A stretch of DNA of 64,000 bases, from the NCBI GenBank assembly GCA_034667725.1, contig JAXDQS010000003.1:64001-128000 (forward strand). The letters are read 5' to 3'. Positions 45,110 through 55,286 of the stretch are shown here, piece after piece. Each line of letters begins with the position of its first letter. Within the stretch, counting starts at the first letter, position 1. Position numbers and translations under genes: made by a program. This DNA is from Thermoplasmata archaeon (GTDB lineage Archaea; Thermoplasmatota; E2; JACPAO01; JAHFTW01). The notes beneath the pieces were generated by a model, which worked only from the letters and a program-made list of their open reading frames with translations, made no database searches and was not told the DNA's origin.

Positions 45110-46456
45110 TCAGCCCACGACCTTCTCCCACTTCTTCAGGTGTAGCACCGAGCTCAGGGTCTTGCCGCGCCGAATCTCCTCCCGCAGCCGGCCCTCCTTC
45201 TCGTGGACCTCCAGGCTCCGGTTCGCGACCTGCTGCGCCTCCTCCTGCGGGACCACGACGACGCCCATGTCGTCCGCGACGATCCAGTCGCCGCTGCGGA
45301 CCGCCTGGCCGCCGCACTTGACCTCGGCGCCGATCTCGCCGTACCCTTTGGGCTCGCCGGCGTTGGGCACCACCCAGCGGCTCCAGGCGGGGAAGCCCAT
45401 GGCGCGGATGTCGTCGATGTCGCGGATGGCGCCGTCGATGACGACCCCTGCCACGCCTTTGACCTTGCAGGACCAGCTTGCAAGCTCGCCCCACATGGCG
45501 GTGGTGGTGCCGCGCGAGTCGATCACGAGCACGTCGCCAGGCTGCGCGACGTCGATGGCCTCGACGGGTTTGGCCCAGTCGCCGTCGGCGGTGAACACCG
45601 TGACGGCGCGGCCGGCGATGCGCTTGCCTTGCTGGCGGGCCTCGATGCCGAGCATGGCGCCTTTGCGGTGCATGGCGTCGCTGACGTTCGAGGTGCTGCA
45701 TTGGGCGAAGGCGGCGGCCAGCTCGTGCTGGGAGTAGCGCTTGCCGTGGTCGGTGGGCAGGACGGAGCGGTCGCGCATGGCGCGCGCGAGCTTGCTGGCC
45801 TCGGAGGTGATGTCGGCCGCCTTGGTGAGGGCGCCGCCGACGATGACGATGCTGGCGCCAGCCTTGACGCACGGCCCGACGGTCTCGGAGTTGAGGCCGC
45901 CGGCCACCATGACGGGGATGCGGACGGCCGCCACGATGGCCGCCAGGACCTTGAGCGGGTCCTCGCCACGCATCTGCTCGTCGATGCCGAGGTGGAGGCT
46001 GACGTAGTCGCAGCCGAGCGCCTCGGCCTGCCGGGCGCGGGCGAGCTTGTCGGGCACGGACAGGAGGTCCATGTACACCTTGGCGCCGTGCTTGCGGGCG
46101 GCCTTGACGGCTTCGCGGAAGGTGTCGTCGGAGGCGGCGCCGAGGATGCCGACGACGTGGGCGCCGGCCTTGATGGCGATCTCGGTCTCGAACGCGCCGG
46201 TGTCCATGGTCTTCATGTCGGCGACGATGGTGCAGCCGGGGAACTCCTTCCGCAGGGCGCGCACCGCGTCCAGGCCGCACGCCTTGATGAGCGGCGTGCC
46301 CGCCTCGACCCAGGTGGCGCCGCCGGCGACGGCCTCGCGCGCATACTGGAGGGCGCGGTCGAGGTTGACCTCGTCGAGGGCGACTTGCAGCACGGGCCAG
46401 GCCGGCGTGGGCGGGGCTTGCGCGGGCGCCGGGCTGGCCTTGAGCGCCACGGTCAT
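45110..46456 (-). CDS. hxlA: 3-hexulose-6-phosphate synthase fused to an RraA/MenG-family domain
   Basis: LQVALD, EAGTPLIK, ADMKTMDTG, HLGIDEQ and VAGG, then STSNVSDA, GDWAKPVEAID, WGELAS and DGAIRD. Confidence 0.9.
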   Translation of the reverse strand: MTVALKASPAPAQAPPTPAWPVLQVALDEVNLDRALQYAREAVAGGATWVEAGTPLIKACGLDAVRALRKEFPGCTIVADMKTMDTGAFETEIAIKAGAHVVGILGAASDDTFREAVKAARKHGAKVYMDLLSVPDKLARARQAEALGCDYVSLHLGIDEQMRGEDPLKVLAAIVAAVRIPVMVAGGLNSETVGPCVKAGASIVIVGGALTKAADITSEASKLARAMRDRSVLPTDHGKRYSQHELAAAFAQCSTSNVSDAMHRKGAMLGIEARQQGKRIAGRAVTVFTADGDWAKPVEAIDVAQPGDVLVIDSRGTTTAMWGELASWSCKVKGVAGVVIDGAIRDIDDIRAMGFPAWSRWVVPNAGEPKGYGEIGAEVKCGGQAVRSGDWIVADDMGVVVVPQEEAQQVANRSLEVHEKEGRLREEIRRGKTLSSVLHLKKWEKVVG

Positions 46457-46560
46457 GCGGCTTTCCAGGGCCGAGGCTGGCTTCAAGGTTGGGACGGGTG
46501 CAGGAGGGTGCAGGCCCCGCGCACAAGCCTTTTCCATCCCGGGCCGCCCTGGGCGACCCC

Positions 46561-47964
46561 ATGCAGGTCCGCCTCCTAGCCTTGGCCGCAGCGTTCGTGG
46601 CCGCCACCTTCGCCGGCTGCGTCCAGCCCGACGACAACCTCCCCGTCGGGACCCCGGACGCCACCGTTTCGCTCCTTGCCGGCCCCGCCCTCTGGAACGA
46701 CCCCCAGAACGCGCCGCACGCCAAGTGGGGCTGGGCGACCCTGAGCAACCCGCCCGCCGGCGAGATGCCGCGCTGGTGGCAGCCGTTCAACGGCACCGCG
46801 CTGCCCGAGCACGTCACCGGCTTGGCGCACGTCGTCCAGGCCCCGGGCGTCGAGCAGGGCGCCGGCATCGCGCTGTTCGGCAGCGTCGCGGTGGTCCCCG
46901 ACGACGCCGCCAAGGCCTACTTCGTGGACATCTCGCAGCCGGCCGACCCGAAGGTCCTCGGCACCCTGGAGTCCAGCGGCCGCGGCGCCGCCATCATCGC
47001 CTACCCCGACGGCCGCCTCGTGGCCGTGAGCGCCACCACCGCCGGCTTCGACGTCATGGAGTTCACCGACCCGACCGCCCCCGAGATGCTGTCCCAGGTC
47101 GAGGTCCCCACCCAGGGCGGCCACAAGCTCGGCGTCGTCCCCGGCACGCCCATCGTCTACAACGCCGGCAGCCAAGGCGGCGACCCCATCGCGCCGCTCT
47201 ACAGCCCCGGCCCGTGCAACATCGACATCAGCCAGTGCGTCGGCTACACCGAAATCTACAACCTCACCGACCCGAGCAACCCGGTCCTGGTGCAGAACTT
47301 CCAGAACGGCCTCAGCTGCCACCACGTCTTCTTCTGGAACGCCCCCGACGGCTCCAAGTCGCGCGCCGTGTGCGCCGGCCTCCAGTACACCCAGCTCTGG
47401 GACACCGCCGACCCCGAGCACCCCACGGTCCTGGTCAGCCTGCCCGTCCACCACGGCACCCCCGGCACCCCGAGCGCCATGGTCAGCATCGCCGACTTCA
47501 GCCACTCCGCCGGCCTCAACGCCGCCGGCGACGTGCTCTACGTCGGCGACGAGTCGGGCGGCGGCGCCATCCCGCCCGGCTGCGTGGCCGGCGCCGACAC
47601 CCCCGTCGGCGCCACGGGCACCCCCATCGGCGCGACGTGGTTCTACGACGTCTCCGACGAGGCCAACCCGCAGCTTCTGGGCTACTACACGCCCCTCAAC
47701 GACCCCCGCATCAAGGACCCGCAGACGAGCTGCACCACCCACCACGGCCGTCTCGTCCCCGAGGAGGGCCGCGACCTCTTGGCCATGAGCTACTACGGCT
47801 CCGGCGTCATCCTGGTCGACTTCACCGGCATCGGCGCCGGCACCCTCCCCACCTCCGTCGCCCAGTTCGCCGACGGCTCCAACACCTGGGAGACCTGGTA
47901 CGCCGGCGGCTACCTGTTCACGGGCGACCTGAGCCGCGGCATGGACGTCCTGCGGCTGACCTAA
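46561..47964 (+). CDS. LVIVD-repeat-like beta-propeller lipoprotein
   Basis: Lipobox FAGC; YFVDISQPADP, IYNLTDPSNP, LWDTADPEHP, FYDVSDEANP. Confidence 0.8.
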   Translation: MQVRLLALAAAFVAATFAGCVQPDDNLPVGTPDATVSLLAGPALWNDPQNAPHAKWGWATLSNPPAGEMPRWWQPFNGTALPEHVTGLAHVVQAPGVEQGAGIALFGSVAVVPDDAAKAYFVDISQPADPKVLGTLESSGRGAAIIAYPDGRLVAVSATTAGFDVMEFTDPTAPEMLSQVEVPTQGGHKLGVVPGTPIVYNAGSQGGDPIAPLYSPGPCNIDISQCVGYTEIYNLTDPSNPVLVQNFQNGLSCHHVFFWNAPDGSKSRAVCAGLQYTQLWDTADPEHPTVLVSLPVHHGTPGTPSAMVSIADFSHSAGLNAAGDVLYVGDESGGGAIPPGCVAGADTPVGATGTPIGATWFYDVSDEANPQLLGYYTPLNDPRIKDPQTSCTTHHGRLVPEEGRDLLAMSYYGSGVILVDFTGIGAGTLPTSVAQFADGSNTWETWYAGGYLFTGDLSRGMDVLRLT

Positions 47965-47981
47965 GGGACCGACCCCAACCC

Positions 47982-47988
47982 CCTTAAG
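47982..47988 (+). promoter_or_regulatory. TATA box of the LeuC-family gene (leaderless)
   Basis: CCTTAAG about 25 nt upstream of ATG 48011; the same motif precedes several other genes. Confidence 0.55.
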
Positions 47989-48010
47989 TGTCCCCCTCCT
48001 GGGCGCAGCA

Positions 48011-49330
48011 ATGGCTGGGATGACCCTCCCGCAAAAGATCCTGGCGCTCAAGGCGGGCGCCAAGTCCGTGACGGTCGGCGAGGTCGTCGACTGCAAGGTG
48101 GACGTCGCCATGGCGCACGAGGCGCTGGCGCAACTGGTCAAGCCGTTCGCGGAGATGGGCGCCACCAAGGTCTGGGACCCGAACCGCATCGTCGTCCCCA
48201 TCGACCACTGGATCCCCGCGTCGAGCGAGTCGTCGGCCAAGATGCACGCCAGCATCCGCGCCTTCTGCGAGAAGTACGGCCTGCCGCACCTCTACGACAT
48301 CGGCCGCCAGGGCATCTGCCACCAGATCCTCGCCGAGGAGGGCTTCTGCTTGCCGGGCGACCTGGTCGTGGGCACCGACAGCCACACCAACATGGCCGGC
48401 GCCCTGGGCTGCTTCGCCTCCGGCATCGGCCCCACCGAGATGGCCGCCGTGTTCGCCACTGGCGAGCTGTGGCTGAAGGTCCCGCCCACCATCAAGGTCG
48501 ACCTCCAAGGCGAACTGGTCGAGCCCGTCGCCTCCAAGGACGTCGTGCTGTCGCTGATCGGCCAGATGGGCGACGACGGCGCCCGCTACCAGGCCGTCGA
48601 GTTCGGGGGCCCCGCCGTCGACCGGATGCCGATGTACCAGCGCCTCACCCTCACCAACATGACCACCGAGATGGGCGCCAAGGCCGGCCTCATCGCGTGC
48701 GACCAGGAGACCCTCGACTACCTCGACGCCACCCCGATGGCCAGCGGCCGCCGCGCGGAGATCCGCACCCATGCCGGCCTCCGCAGCGACAAGGACGCCA
48801 AGTACGCCAAGACCTACACCCTCGACTGCTCCAAGCTGGAGCCCGTGGTGGCCTGCCCGCAGAGCCCGGAGAACGTCAAGAAGGTCCGCGACGTGTCCGT
48901 GCCCAAGGTCGACCAGGTGTTCATCGGCTCCTGCACCAACGCCCGCTACGAGGACCTGGAGACGGTCGCGGCCATCCTCAAGGGCAACCACGTCAAGAAG
49001 GGCACCCGCCTCGTCGTGTTCCCGGCGAGCACCAGCATCTACCTGCGCGCCCTGGAGTCCGGCATCATCAAGACCATCACCGAGGCCGGCGGCATCTTCA
49101 ACCCCAGTTCGTGCGGCGCCTGCTTCGGCGGCATGGGCGGCGTCCTGGCGGAGAAGGAAGTGTGCGTGAGCACGTCGAACCGCAACTACAAGGGCCGCAT
49201 GGGACACCCCGACTCGATGAGCTACCTCGTTTCGCCCGCGACGGCGGCCGTCACCGCGCTGGAAGGCAAGCTGACCGACCCGCGGCAGTACTTCAGCGAG
49301 GGCGAGCTGCGGAAGAAGGTCGTGGCGTAG
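48011..49330 (+). CDS. leuC: 3-isopropylmalate dehydratase / homoaconitase family large subunit
   Basis: IDH, GICHQ, DSHT, IGSCTN, CGACFG and STSNRNYKGRMG. Substrate specificity uncertain. Confidence 0.88.
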   Translation: MAGMTLPQKILALKAGAKSVTVGEVVDCKVDVAMAHEALAQLVKPFAEMGATKVWDPNRIVVPIDHWIPASSESSAKMHASIRAFCEKYGLPHLYDIGRQGICHQILAEEGFCLPGDLVVGTDSHTNMAGALGCFASGIGPTEMAAVFATGELWLKVPPTIKVDLQGELVEPVASKDVVLSLIGQMGDDGARYQAVEFGGPAVDRMPMYQRLTLTNMTTEMGAKAGLIACDQETLDYLDATPMASGRRAEIRTHAGLRSDKDAKYAKTYTLDCSKLEPVVACPQSPENVKKVRDVSVPKVDQVFIGSCTNARYEDLETVAAILKGNHVKKGTRLVVFPASTSIYLRALESGIIKTITEAGGIFNPSSCGACFGGMGGVLAEKEVCVSTSNRNYKGRMGHPDSMSYLVSPATAAVTALEGKLTDPRQYFSEGELRKKVVA

Positions 49331-49343
49331 CCGCACGACCTGA

Positions 49344-49392
49344 ACCACGGAACCCACGGGACCACGGGTCCGTGAAATCCGTGCTCCGTGGT
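49344..49392. repeat. Palindromic REP-like element (3x CACGG mirrored by 3x CCGTG)
   Basis: ACCACGGAACCCACGGGACCACGGG followed by TCCGTGAAATCCGTGCTCCGTGGT, between convergent genes. Confidence 0.7.
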
Positions 49393-49403
49393 CCGCCTCG
49401 CCG

Positions 49404-49847
49404 TCAGGCGTTGGCGGCTTCCCGCTCCAGGTTCGCAAGCTCCTGCGCGTACGCCTTGCGCGCAAACCGCGGCGCGCCCTTCGACTCCAGCCAGCCCTTG
49501 AGCCCGGGCTTGCGCGGCCACACTGTCGCGATCGTCACCTTGCAGCCGCCGTCGTCGTCCGGCTCCAGCAGGAACCGCGTGACTGTGCCGTCGTCGAGCC
49601 GCTCCTCCAGCACCCGGCCCGGCACAGGTTCGATCACGTGCATCCGCAGCACCAGGCGCCGCCCGCCCGCCTTCACGGTCACCCGGAGCACGGTGCCAGC
49701 GCCGCGGCCGCCCTCCTCGACGACGAGGTCCTCGAAGGCGTCGGGCAGGATGCGGGCGTGGCCGCCGCGGTAGTCCACCAGGATGGCCCACAGCCGCTCG
49801 GCGGTGGCGGGGATGCGGCGCGACACGGCGGCGGCGAACGTGGCCAT
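49404..49847 (-). CDS. SRPBCC (polyketide cyclase-like) family protein
   Basis: RRIPATAERLWAILVDY..H.RILP, GGRGAGT, EPVPGRVLEE. Confidence 0.82.
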   Translation of the reverse strand: MATFAAAVSRRIPATAERLWAILVDYRGGHARILPDAFEDLVVEEGGRGAGTVLRVTVKAGGRRLVLRMHVIEPVPGRVLEERLDDGTVTRFLLEPDDDGGCKVTIATVWPRKPGLKGWLESKGAPRFARKAYAQELANLEREAANA

Positions 49848-49898
49848 GCCCGCGCAAAAGGCATGGGGCCTTTCAAGCCCGGCGCCCTGCGCAAGCCC

Positions 49899-50576
49899 AT
49901 GCGCGTCCTTTTGACCGGCGCCACCGGGACCGCCGGCTCGGCCGTGCTGCGCGCCTGCATCGCGGACCCGCGCGTCACGGAGGTGCTGGTGGTGGGCCGG
50001 CGCGCGCCGGAGGCCGTCCACCGCAAGGTCGAGCCGCGCATCCTGCCCGACCTCGGCGACTGGGCCCCGTTGCGCGGCCAGCTCGGCGGCCTCGACGCGG
50101 TGCTGTGGTGCCTCGGCGTGTCCCAGTCGGCGGTCGCGCGCGATGAGCTGCGCCGCGTCACCGTGGACTTCACGGTCGCGGGGGCGCGCGCCGTGCGGGC
50201 CGAGTCGCCGCAGGCGGCGTTCCTGTTCTTGTCGGGCGGCGGCGCCGACCCGCGCGGCCGCAGCCGGCTGCCGTTCGCCATCGAGAAGGGCCGCGCCGAG
50301 ACCGCGCTCGACGCCATGGGCTTCGCGCGGCTGCACCACTTCCGGCCGGGCTACATCCACCCGGAGCGGCCGGGCGCGCGCAAGCCGTGGACCGAGCGCG
50401 TGATGGCGCGGCTGGCGCCCGTGGTGCGGGCCGTGGCGCCCGGCGCGATGGTGGACGCGGGCGACCTGGCGCGCGCCATGGTGCGTGTTGCCGTCGATGG
50501 CCATCCGCTGCGGGTGCTGGAGAACCGCGACGTCCGGGCCGCGGCGGGCCTGGTGCGCGGGGCGCGGCCCGTCTAG
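49899..50576 (+). CDS. NAD(P)-binding Rossmann protein (epimerase/TIP30-like)
   Basis: MRVLLTGATGTAG, WCLG, KGRAE, FRPGYI. Confidence 0.85.
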   Translation: MRVLLTGATGTAGSAVLRACIADPRVTEVLVVGRRAPEAVHRKVEPRILPDLGDWAPLRGQLGGLDAVLWCLGVSQSAVARDELRRVTVDFTVAGARAVRAESPQAAFLFLSGGGADPRGRSRLPFAIEKGRAETALDAMGFARLHHFRPGYIHPERPGARKPWTERVMARLAPVVRAVAPGAMVDAGDLARAMVRVAVDGHPLRVLENRDVRAAAGLVRGARPV

Positions 50577-51363
50577 CCCAGCCGGCGGTATTGCGTCACG
50601 GCCAAGGCAGCGAACACGGCGACCAGGCCGGCGCACCACGCCACCGTGACGAGCGGGTCGGTGCCGGGGTCGGTGCCGAGGCTCCAGGAGCGCACCGCGT
50701 CGGAGGCGATCGAGACGGGGTTGTTGCTCGCGAACGCCTGGAGCCAGCCGGGCATGCTCTCGACGGGGACGAAGATGCTGCTTGCGAACACGACGGGGAA
50801 CGACCAGGTGAAGCCCGCCATCTCGGCCGCCTGGGTGGACTTGACCAAGAGGCCGATGGTGGCCGCGATCCAGCTGAAGGCGTAGCCGACGAGGACGACG
50901 AGGCCAAGGGCGAGGACGGCCTCGACCAAAGTGCCGTGGAAGCGGTAGCCGACGAGGTAGCCGACGCCGACCATGATGAGGGCGCTCGCGATGTTGCGGA
51001 CCGAGTCGCTCAAGGTGCGCGCCGACAGCACGGTGCCGCGGGCCATGGGCAGGCTGCGGAAGCGGTCCATGACGCCCTTCTGCATGTCCTCCGCGAGGTT
51101 GATGCCTGATCCCAGGCTGCTGAAGATGACGGTCTGCACGATGATGCCGGGCAGCAGGTAGTCGGTGTAGTCGCCGTTCGGGGTCTGGATGGCGCCGCCG
51201 AAGACGAACACGAACAGCAACGTGAACATCACCGGCTGCACGACGGCCATCGAGATCCAGTACGGGTTGCGCGAGTAGTATAGCAGGTTGCGCTTGGTCA
51301 TCAGCCAAGTGTCGGAGAAGCCCCAGCCGAAGCGGCGGGCGCGGGTCGAGGAGGCGGTCGCGG

Positions 51364-51367
<4 letters not shown>
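50573..51367 (-). CDS. ABC-2 exporter permease (DrrB-like)
   Basis: QPVMFTLLF..VFGG, YLLPG, DRFRSLPMAR, SSIFVP..SMPGWLQ. Confidence 0.9.
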
Positions 51368-52374
<1,007 letters not shown>

Positions 52375-52408
52375 GGCGGCGGCGACTGGATCGGGGTTGA
52401 AAACCGTC

Positions 52409-52663
52409 TCAGTGGCTCCGAGGGCGCCTGCGCCTCGGCTTGCCTCTGGGCCCGAGCAGCTCCTCCGCCCGCCGCACCGCCTCGTCGCGCGACAGCCCCG
52501 CCTGCATCCCGAAATGGATTTGCAGGGCCCGTTGCAGCGCCGGGTTCGAGCTTGCGCCGGGGAACCGGTCGAGCGGGACCTTCACCGGCGGCGCCGGCCG
52601 CGCCGAACGCGTCCTCGGCGCGGGGGCCGCCACGACGGCCCGACCCTTCTGGGGCATGGCCAT
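52409..52663 (-). CDS. Small basic hypothetical protein
   Basis: MAMPQKG..NPALQRALQIHFGMQAGLSRDEAVRRAEE; TTATC box at 52684-52688. Confidence 0.45.
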   Translation of the reverse strand: MAMPQKGRAVVAAPAPRTRSARPAPPVKVPLDRFPGASSNPALQRALQIHFGMQAGLSRDEAVRRAEELLGPRGKPRRRRPRSH

Positions 52664-52737
52664 CCAAGTTCTGCGGCCGGGGAGATAACCTTGGCTTTGC
52701 CGGTCATGCTTAAGCGGGCCGCCTCCGTGGGCGCCGC

Positions 52738-53085
52738 ATGGGAGACGACTGCTGCGGACCCGACGGCCACGCCCACGGGGACGCGGCCGCCGAGGGCGAC
52801 GCGGACCACATGCACCCGACCGAGGCGGCGGCACTGCGCGGCTTCCTCTCTGGCATCTACGCCACCCGCCTCGACCCCGACGAGCTGCAGGCCTACCTCG
52901 ACGCCATGGGCGACGACCACTCCGCCTTCGGCAAGCCCGCCCGCTTCCTGGCCGAGCAGATGCGCGCCCTGGTCGCCACCGTGGACCTGCCCGAGGACGA
53001 GCCGCCGGCGTGGCAGCTCTTGCAGGCCGTCTCGCAAGAGGCCGAGGAAGAGAACGTGGAGGACGGGGAGGGCGAGGAGGAATGA
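52738..53085 (+). CDS. Small acidic protein with His/Cys-rich N-terminus
   Basis: MGDDCCGPDGHAHG..DHMH; CTTAAG box at 52709; ATGA overlap with leuD. Confidence 0.7.
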   Translation: MGDDCCGPDGHAHGDAAAEGDADHMHPTEAAALRGFLSGIYATRLDPDELQAYLDAMGDDHSAFGKPARFLAEQMRALVATVDLPEDEPPAWQLLQAVSQEAEEENVEDGEGEEE

Positions 53086-53663
53086 GCCAGATGCAGTTCC
53101 GCACCCAGTTCACGGGCCGCGCCTGGGCCCTGCCGGACTCCGTGGACACCGACATGATCACGCCCGGCAAGTACCTCACCATCATCGACCCGAAGGGCCT
53201 GGCCGAGCATATCCTGGAGGGCTGGCGCGCCGACTTCCCCAAGAAAATCCAGCCTGGCGACATCCTCGTGGCCGGCGACAACCTCGGCTGCGGCTCCTCC
53301 CGTGAGCACGCCCCCCTCTCGATGCTCGGCGCCGGCGTCCCCGTCGTGGTCGCCCGCAGCTTCGCCCGCATCTTCTACCGCAACGCCATCAACGTGGGCC
53401 TCCCCGCCCTGGAGTGCCCCGACATGCCGTCCGACTTCGTGCGCGACGGCGAGACCGTGCAGGTCGACCTGGAGCGCGGCATCGTGCGCAACGAGACCCG
53501 CGGCCTGGAGACCAAGGGCATTCCGCTGTCCGCCAAGGCCATCGAGATCCTCGACGCCGGCGGCCTGGTCAACATCGTGCGCCACAAGCTCGCCAAGCGT
53601 GGTGCTGCCCCCGAGCACACCGCGGCCACCACGACCAAGGTCACGGACTTCAAGGCCGACTGA
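53082..53663 (+). CDS. leuD: 3-isopropylmalate dehydratase / homoaconitase family small subunit
   Basis: VDTDMITPGKYL, NLGCGSSREHA, SFARIFYRNAINVGLP. Confidence 0.9.
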   Translation: MSQMQFRTQFTGRAWALPDSVDTDMITPGKYLTIIDPKGLAEHILEGWRADFPKKIQPGDILVAGDNLGCGSSREHAPLSMLGAGVPVVVARSFARIFYRNAINVGLPALECPDMPSDFVRDGETVQVDLERGIVRNETRGLETKGIPLSAKAIEILDAGGLVNIVRHKLAKRGAAPEHTAATTTKVTDFKAD

Positions 53664-53734
53664 GCCTGCCGCCCGCGGAACCCACGGCGCCCGGAACCGC
53701 CGGTTCAAGCCGTCCCGCGGACCAACCTGAAGGC

Positions 53735-54211
53735 ATGTTGGACCCAGACCGCGCCACCATCCTCGTGGGCGTCGACTTCACGCAGGCGTCGGAGGCCGCC
53801 GTCGACCGCGCCATCGAGATGGCTCGCAAACGGCACGCCCAGCTCCGCCTGGTGCATGCCCTCAAGCCGCTGGGCGCCCCGGGCCTGGAGCCGTCGAACC
53901 CGTCGCCGCTCAAGTACAACAACGAGACCGCCGAGGTGGACGAGACCGGCCACGCGCCGACCGACACCTGGCTGCGCCGCATCCGCGCCAAGGGCGTCCA
54001 CGCCGATGCCATCGTGCGCGCCGGCAGTCCCGCCGCCGTCATCCTGGAGGAGGCCGACCGCATCTCCGCGGCCGCCGTCGTGGTGGGCTCGCACCGCCGC
54101 ACGCCGTTCGGCAAGGCGCTCTTGGGCAGCGTGTCGGAGGAAGTGGCGCGCCGCTGCCCCGTTGAGGTCGAAGTGGTGCCAGGGCCGTCCGGGCACGCCG
54201 GCGCCGCGTAG
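53735..54211 (+). CDS. Universal stress protein (UspA family)
   Basis: ILVGVDFT..S, GSPAAVIL, VVGSH..LLGSVSEEV. Confidence 0.9.
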   Translation: MLDPDRATILVGVDFTQASEAAVDRAIEMARKRHAQLRLVHALKPLGAPGLEPSNPSPLKYNNETAEVDETGHAPTDTWLRRIRAKGVHADAIVRAGSPAAVILEEADRISAAAVVVGSHRRTPFGKALLGSVSEEVARRCPVEVEVVPGPSGHAGAA

Positions 54212-54245
54212 CAAAGATGATGGGCACAGCCCTAGGTCGGCCCGC

Positions 54246-54644
54246 GTGGCCCACGTCCAGCGCATCCCAGTGCGGTTCGCCGACATCGACGCCCTCGACC
54301 ACGTCAACCATGCCGTCCTTCTGACCTACTGCGAGACGGTGCGGTGCGACTGGTTCCAGGAGACCGGCTACCCCTCGATGGCCCGGCTGCCGTTCATCAT
54401 CGCGTCGGCCCGCATCGAGTACAAGGCCCAGGTCGCCAAGGCGGACCCCGTCGAGGTGGCGATGTGGACCAGCCGGGTCGGCGGCAAGTCGTGGGACTTC
54501 AGCTACGCCGTCCGCAACGTCCAGACCAAGGCGGCCTACGCCGAGGCGACGACGGTGCAGGTGGCGTACGACTACGGGGCCAGGAAGACGGTGGAGATCC
54601 CGGCGGAGCTGCGGGCCCGGCTGGAAGCGCTGCGACCCGATTGA
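54246..54644 (+). CDS. Acyl-CoA thioesterase (hotdog), paralog of 19532-19933
   Basis: VRFADIDALDHVNHAV; MWTSRVGGKSWDF; TVQVAYDY. Confidence 0.88.
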   Translation: MAHVQRIPVRFADIDALDHVNHAVLLTYCETVRCDWFQETGYPSMARLPFIIASARIEYKAQVAKADPVEVAMWTSRVGGKSWDFSYAVRNVQTKAAYAEATTVQVAYDYGARKTVEIPAELRARLEALRPD

Positions 54645-54704
54645 GCCCCGTGGGGCGCGAAACCAACCAGACCGTCGATTTTTTCCCTAGGCCCCGCAAA
54701 TGCC

Positions 54705-55274
54705 ATGCCTGGAATGGACGCCCTAGGCTGGTTCCTCATCATCGGCGGCATCCTGCTCGCCGTCATCCTGATCGCGTGGATTGTCTCCACCATCAACCGG
54801 TTCATCCGGTACGAGAACGAGATCGACAACGCCTGGGGCCAGATCGACGTCCAGCTCCAACGCCGCGGCGAACTCATCCCCAACCTCATCGAGACGGTCA
54901 AGGGCTACGCCAAGCACGAGAAGACCACGCTCGACGAGGTCATCCGGGCCCGCGGCGCCATGCTCGCCGCCACCACGCCCCAGTCCAAGATGGCCGCGGA
55001 AGGCATCCTCGAGCAGGCGCTCGGCAAGCTGTTCGCCATCGCCGAAGCCTACCCGGACCTGAAGGCCAACACCAACTTCCTGCAGCTCCAGGACGAGCTG
55101 TCGCACACCGAGAACAAGATCTCGTTCGCGCGCCAATACTACAACGACGCGGTGCTGCGCTACAACAACGCCATCGAGACCTTCCCCGGCCGCCTGTTCG
55201 CCGGCGCCCGCAAGGAGCGCGGCATGCTCGCCATCCCCGAGGCGACGCGCGCCGTCCCCAAGGTCCAGTTCTAG
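54705..55274 (+). CDS. lemA: LemA family protein
   Basis: N-terminal TM; IDVQLQRRGELIPNL, EAYPDLKA, ARQYYN, FP. Confidence 0.93.
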   Translation: MPGMDALGWFLIIGGILLAVILIAWIVSTINRFIRYENEIDNAWGQIDVQLQRRGELIPNLIETVKGYAKHEKTTLDEVIRARGAMLAATTPQSKMAAEGILEQALGKLFAIAEAYPDLKANTNFLQLQDELSHTENKISFARQYYNDAVLRYNNAIETFPGRLFAGARKERGMLAIPEATRAVPKVQF

Positions 55275-55286
55275 GACGGCCGACCC

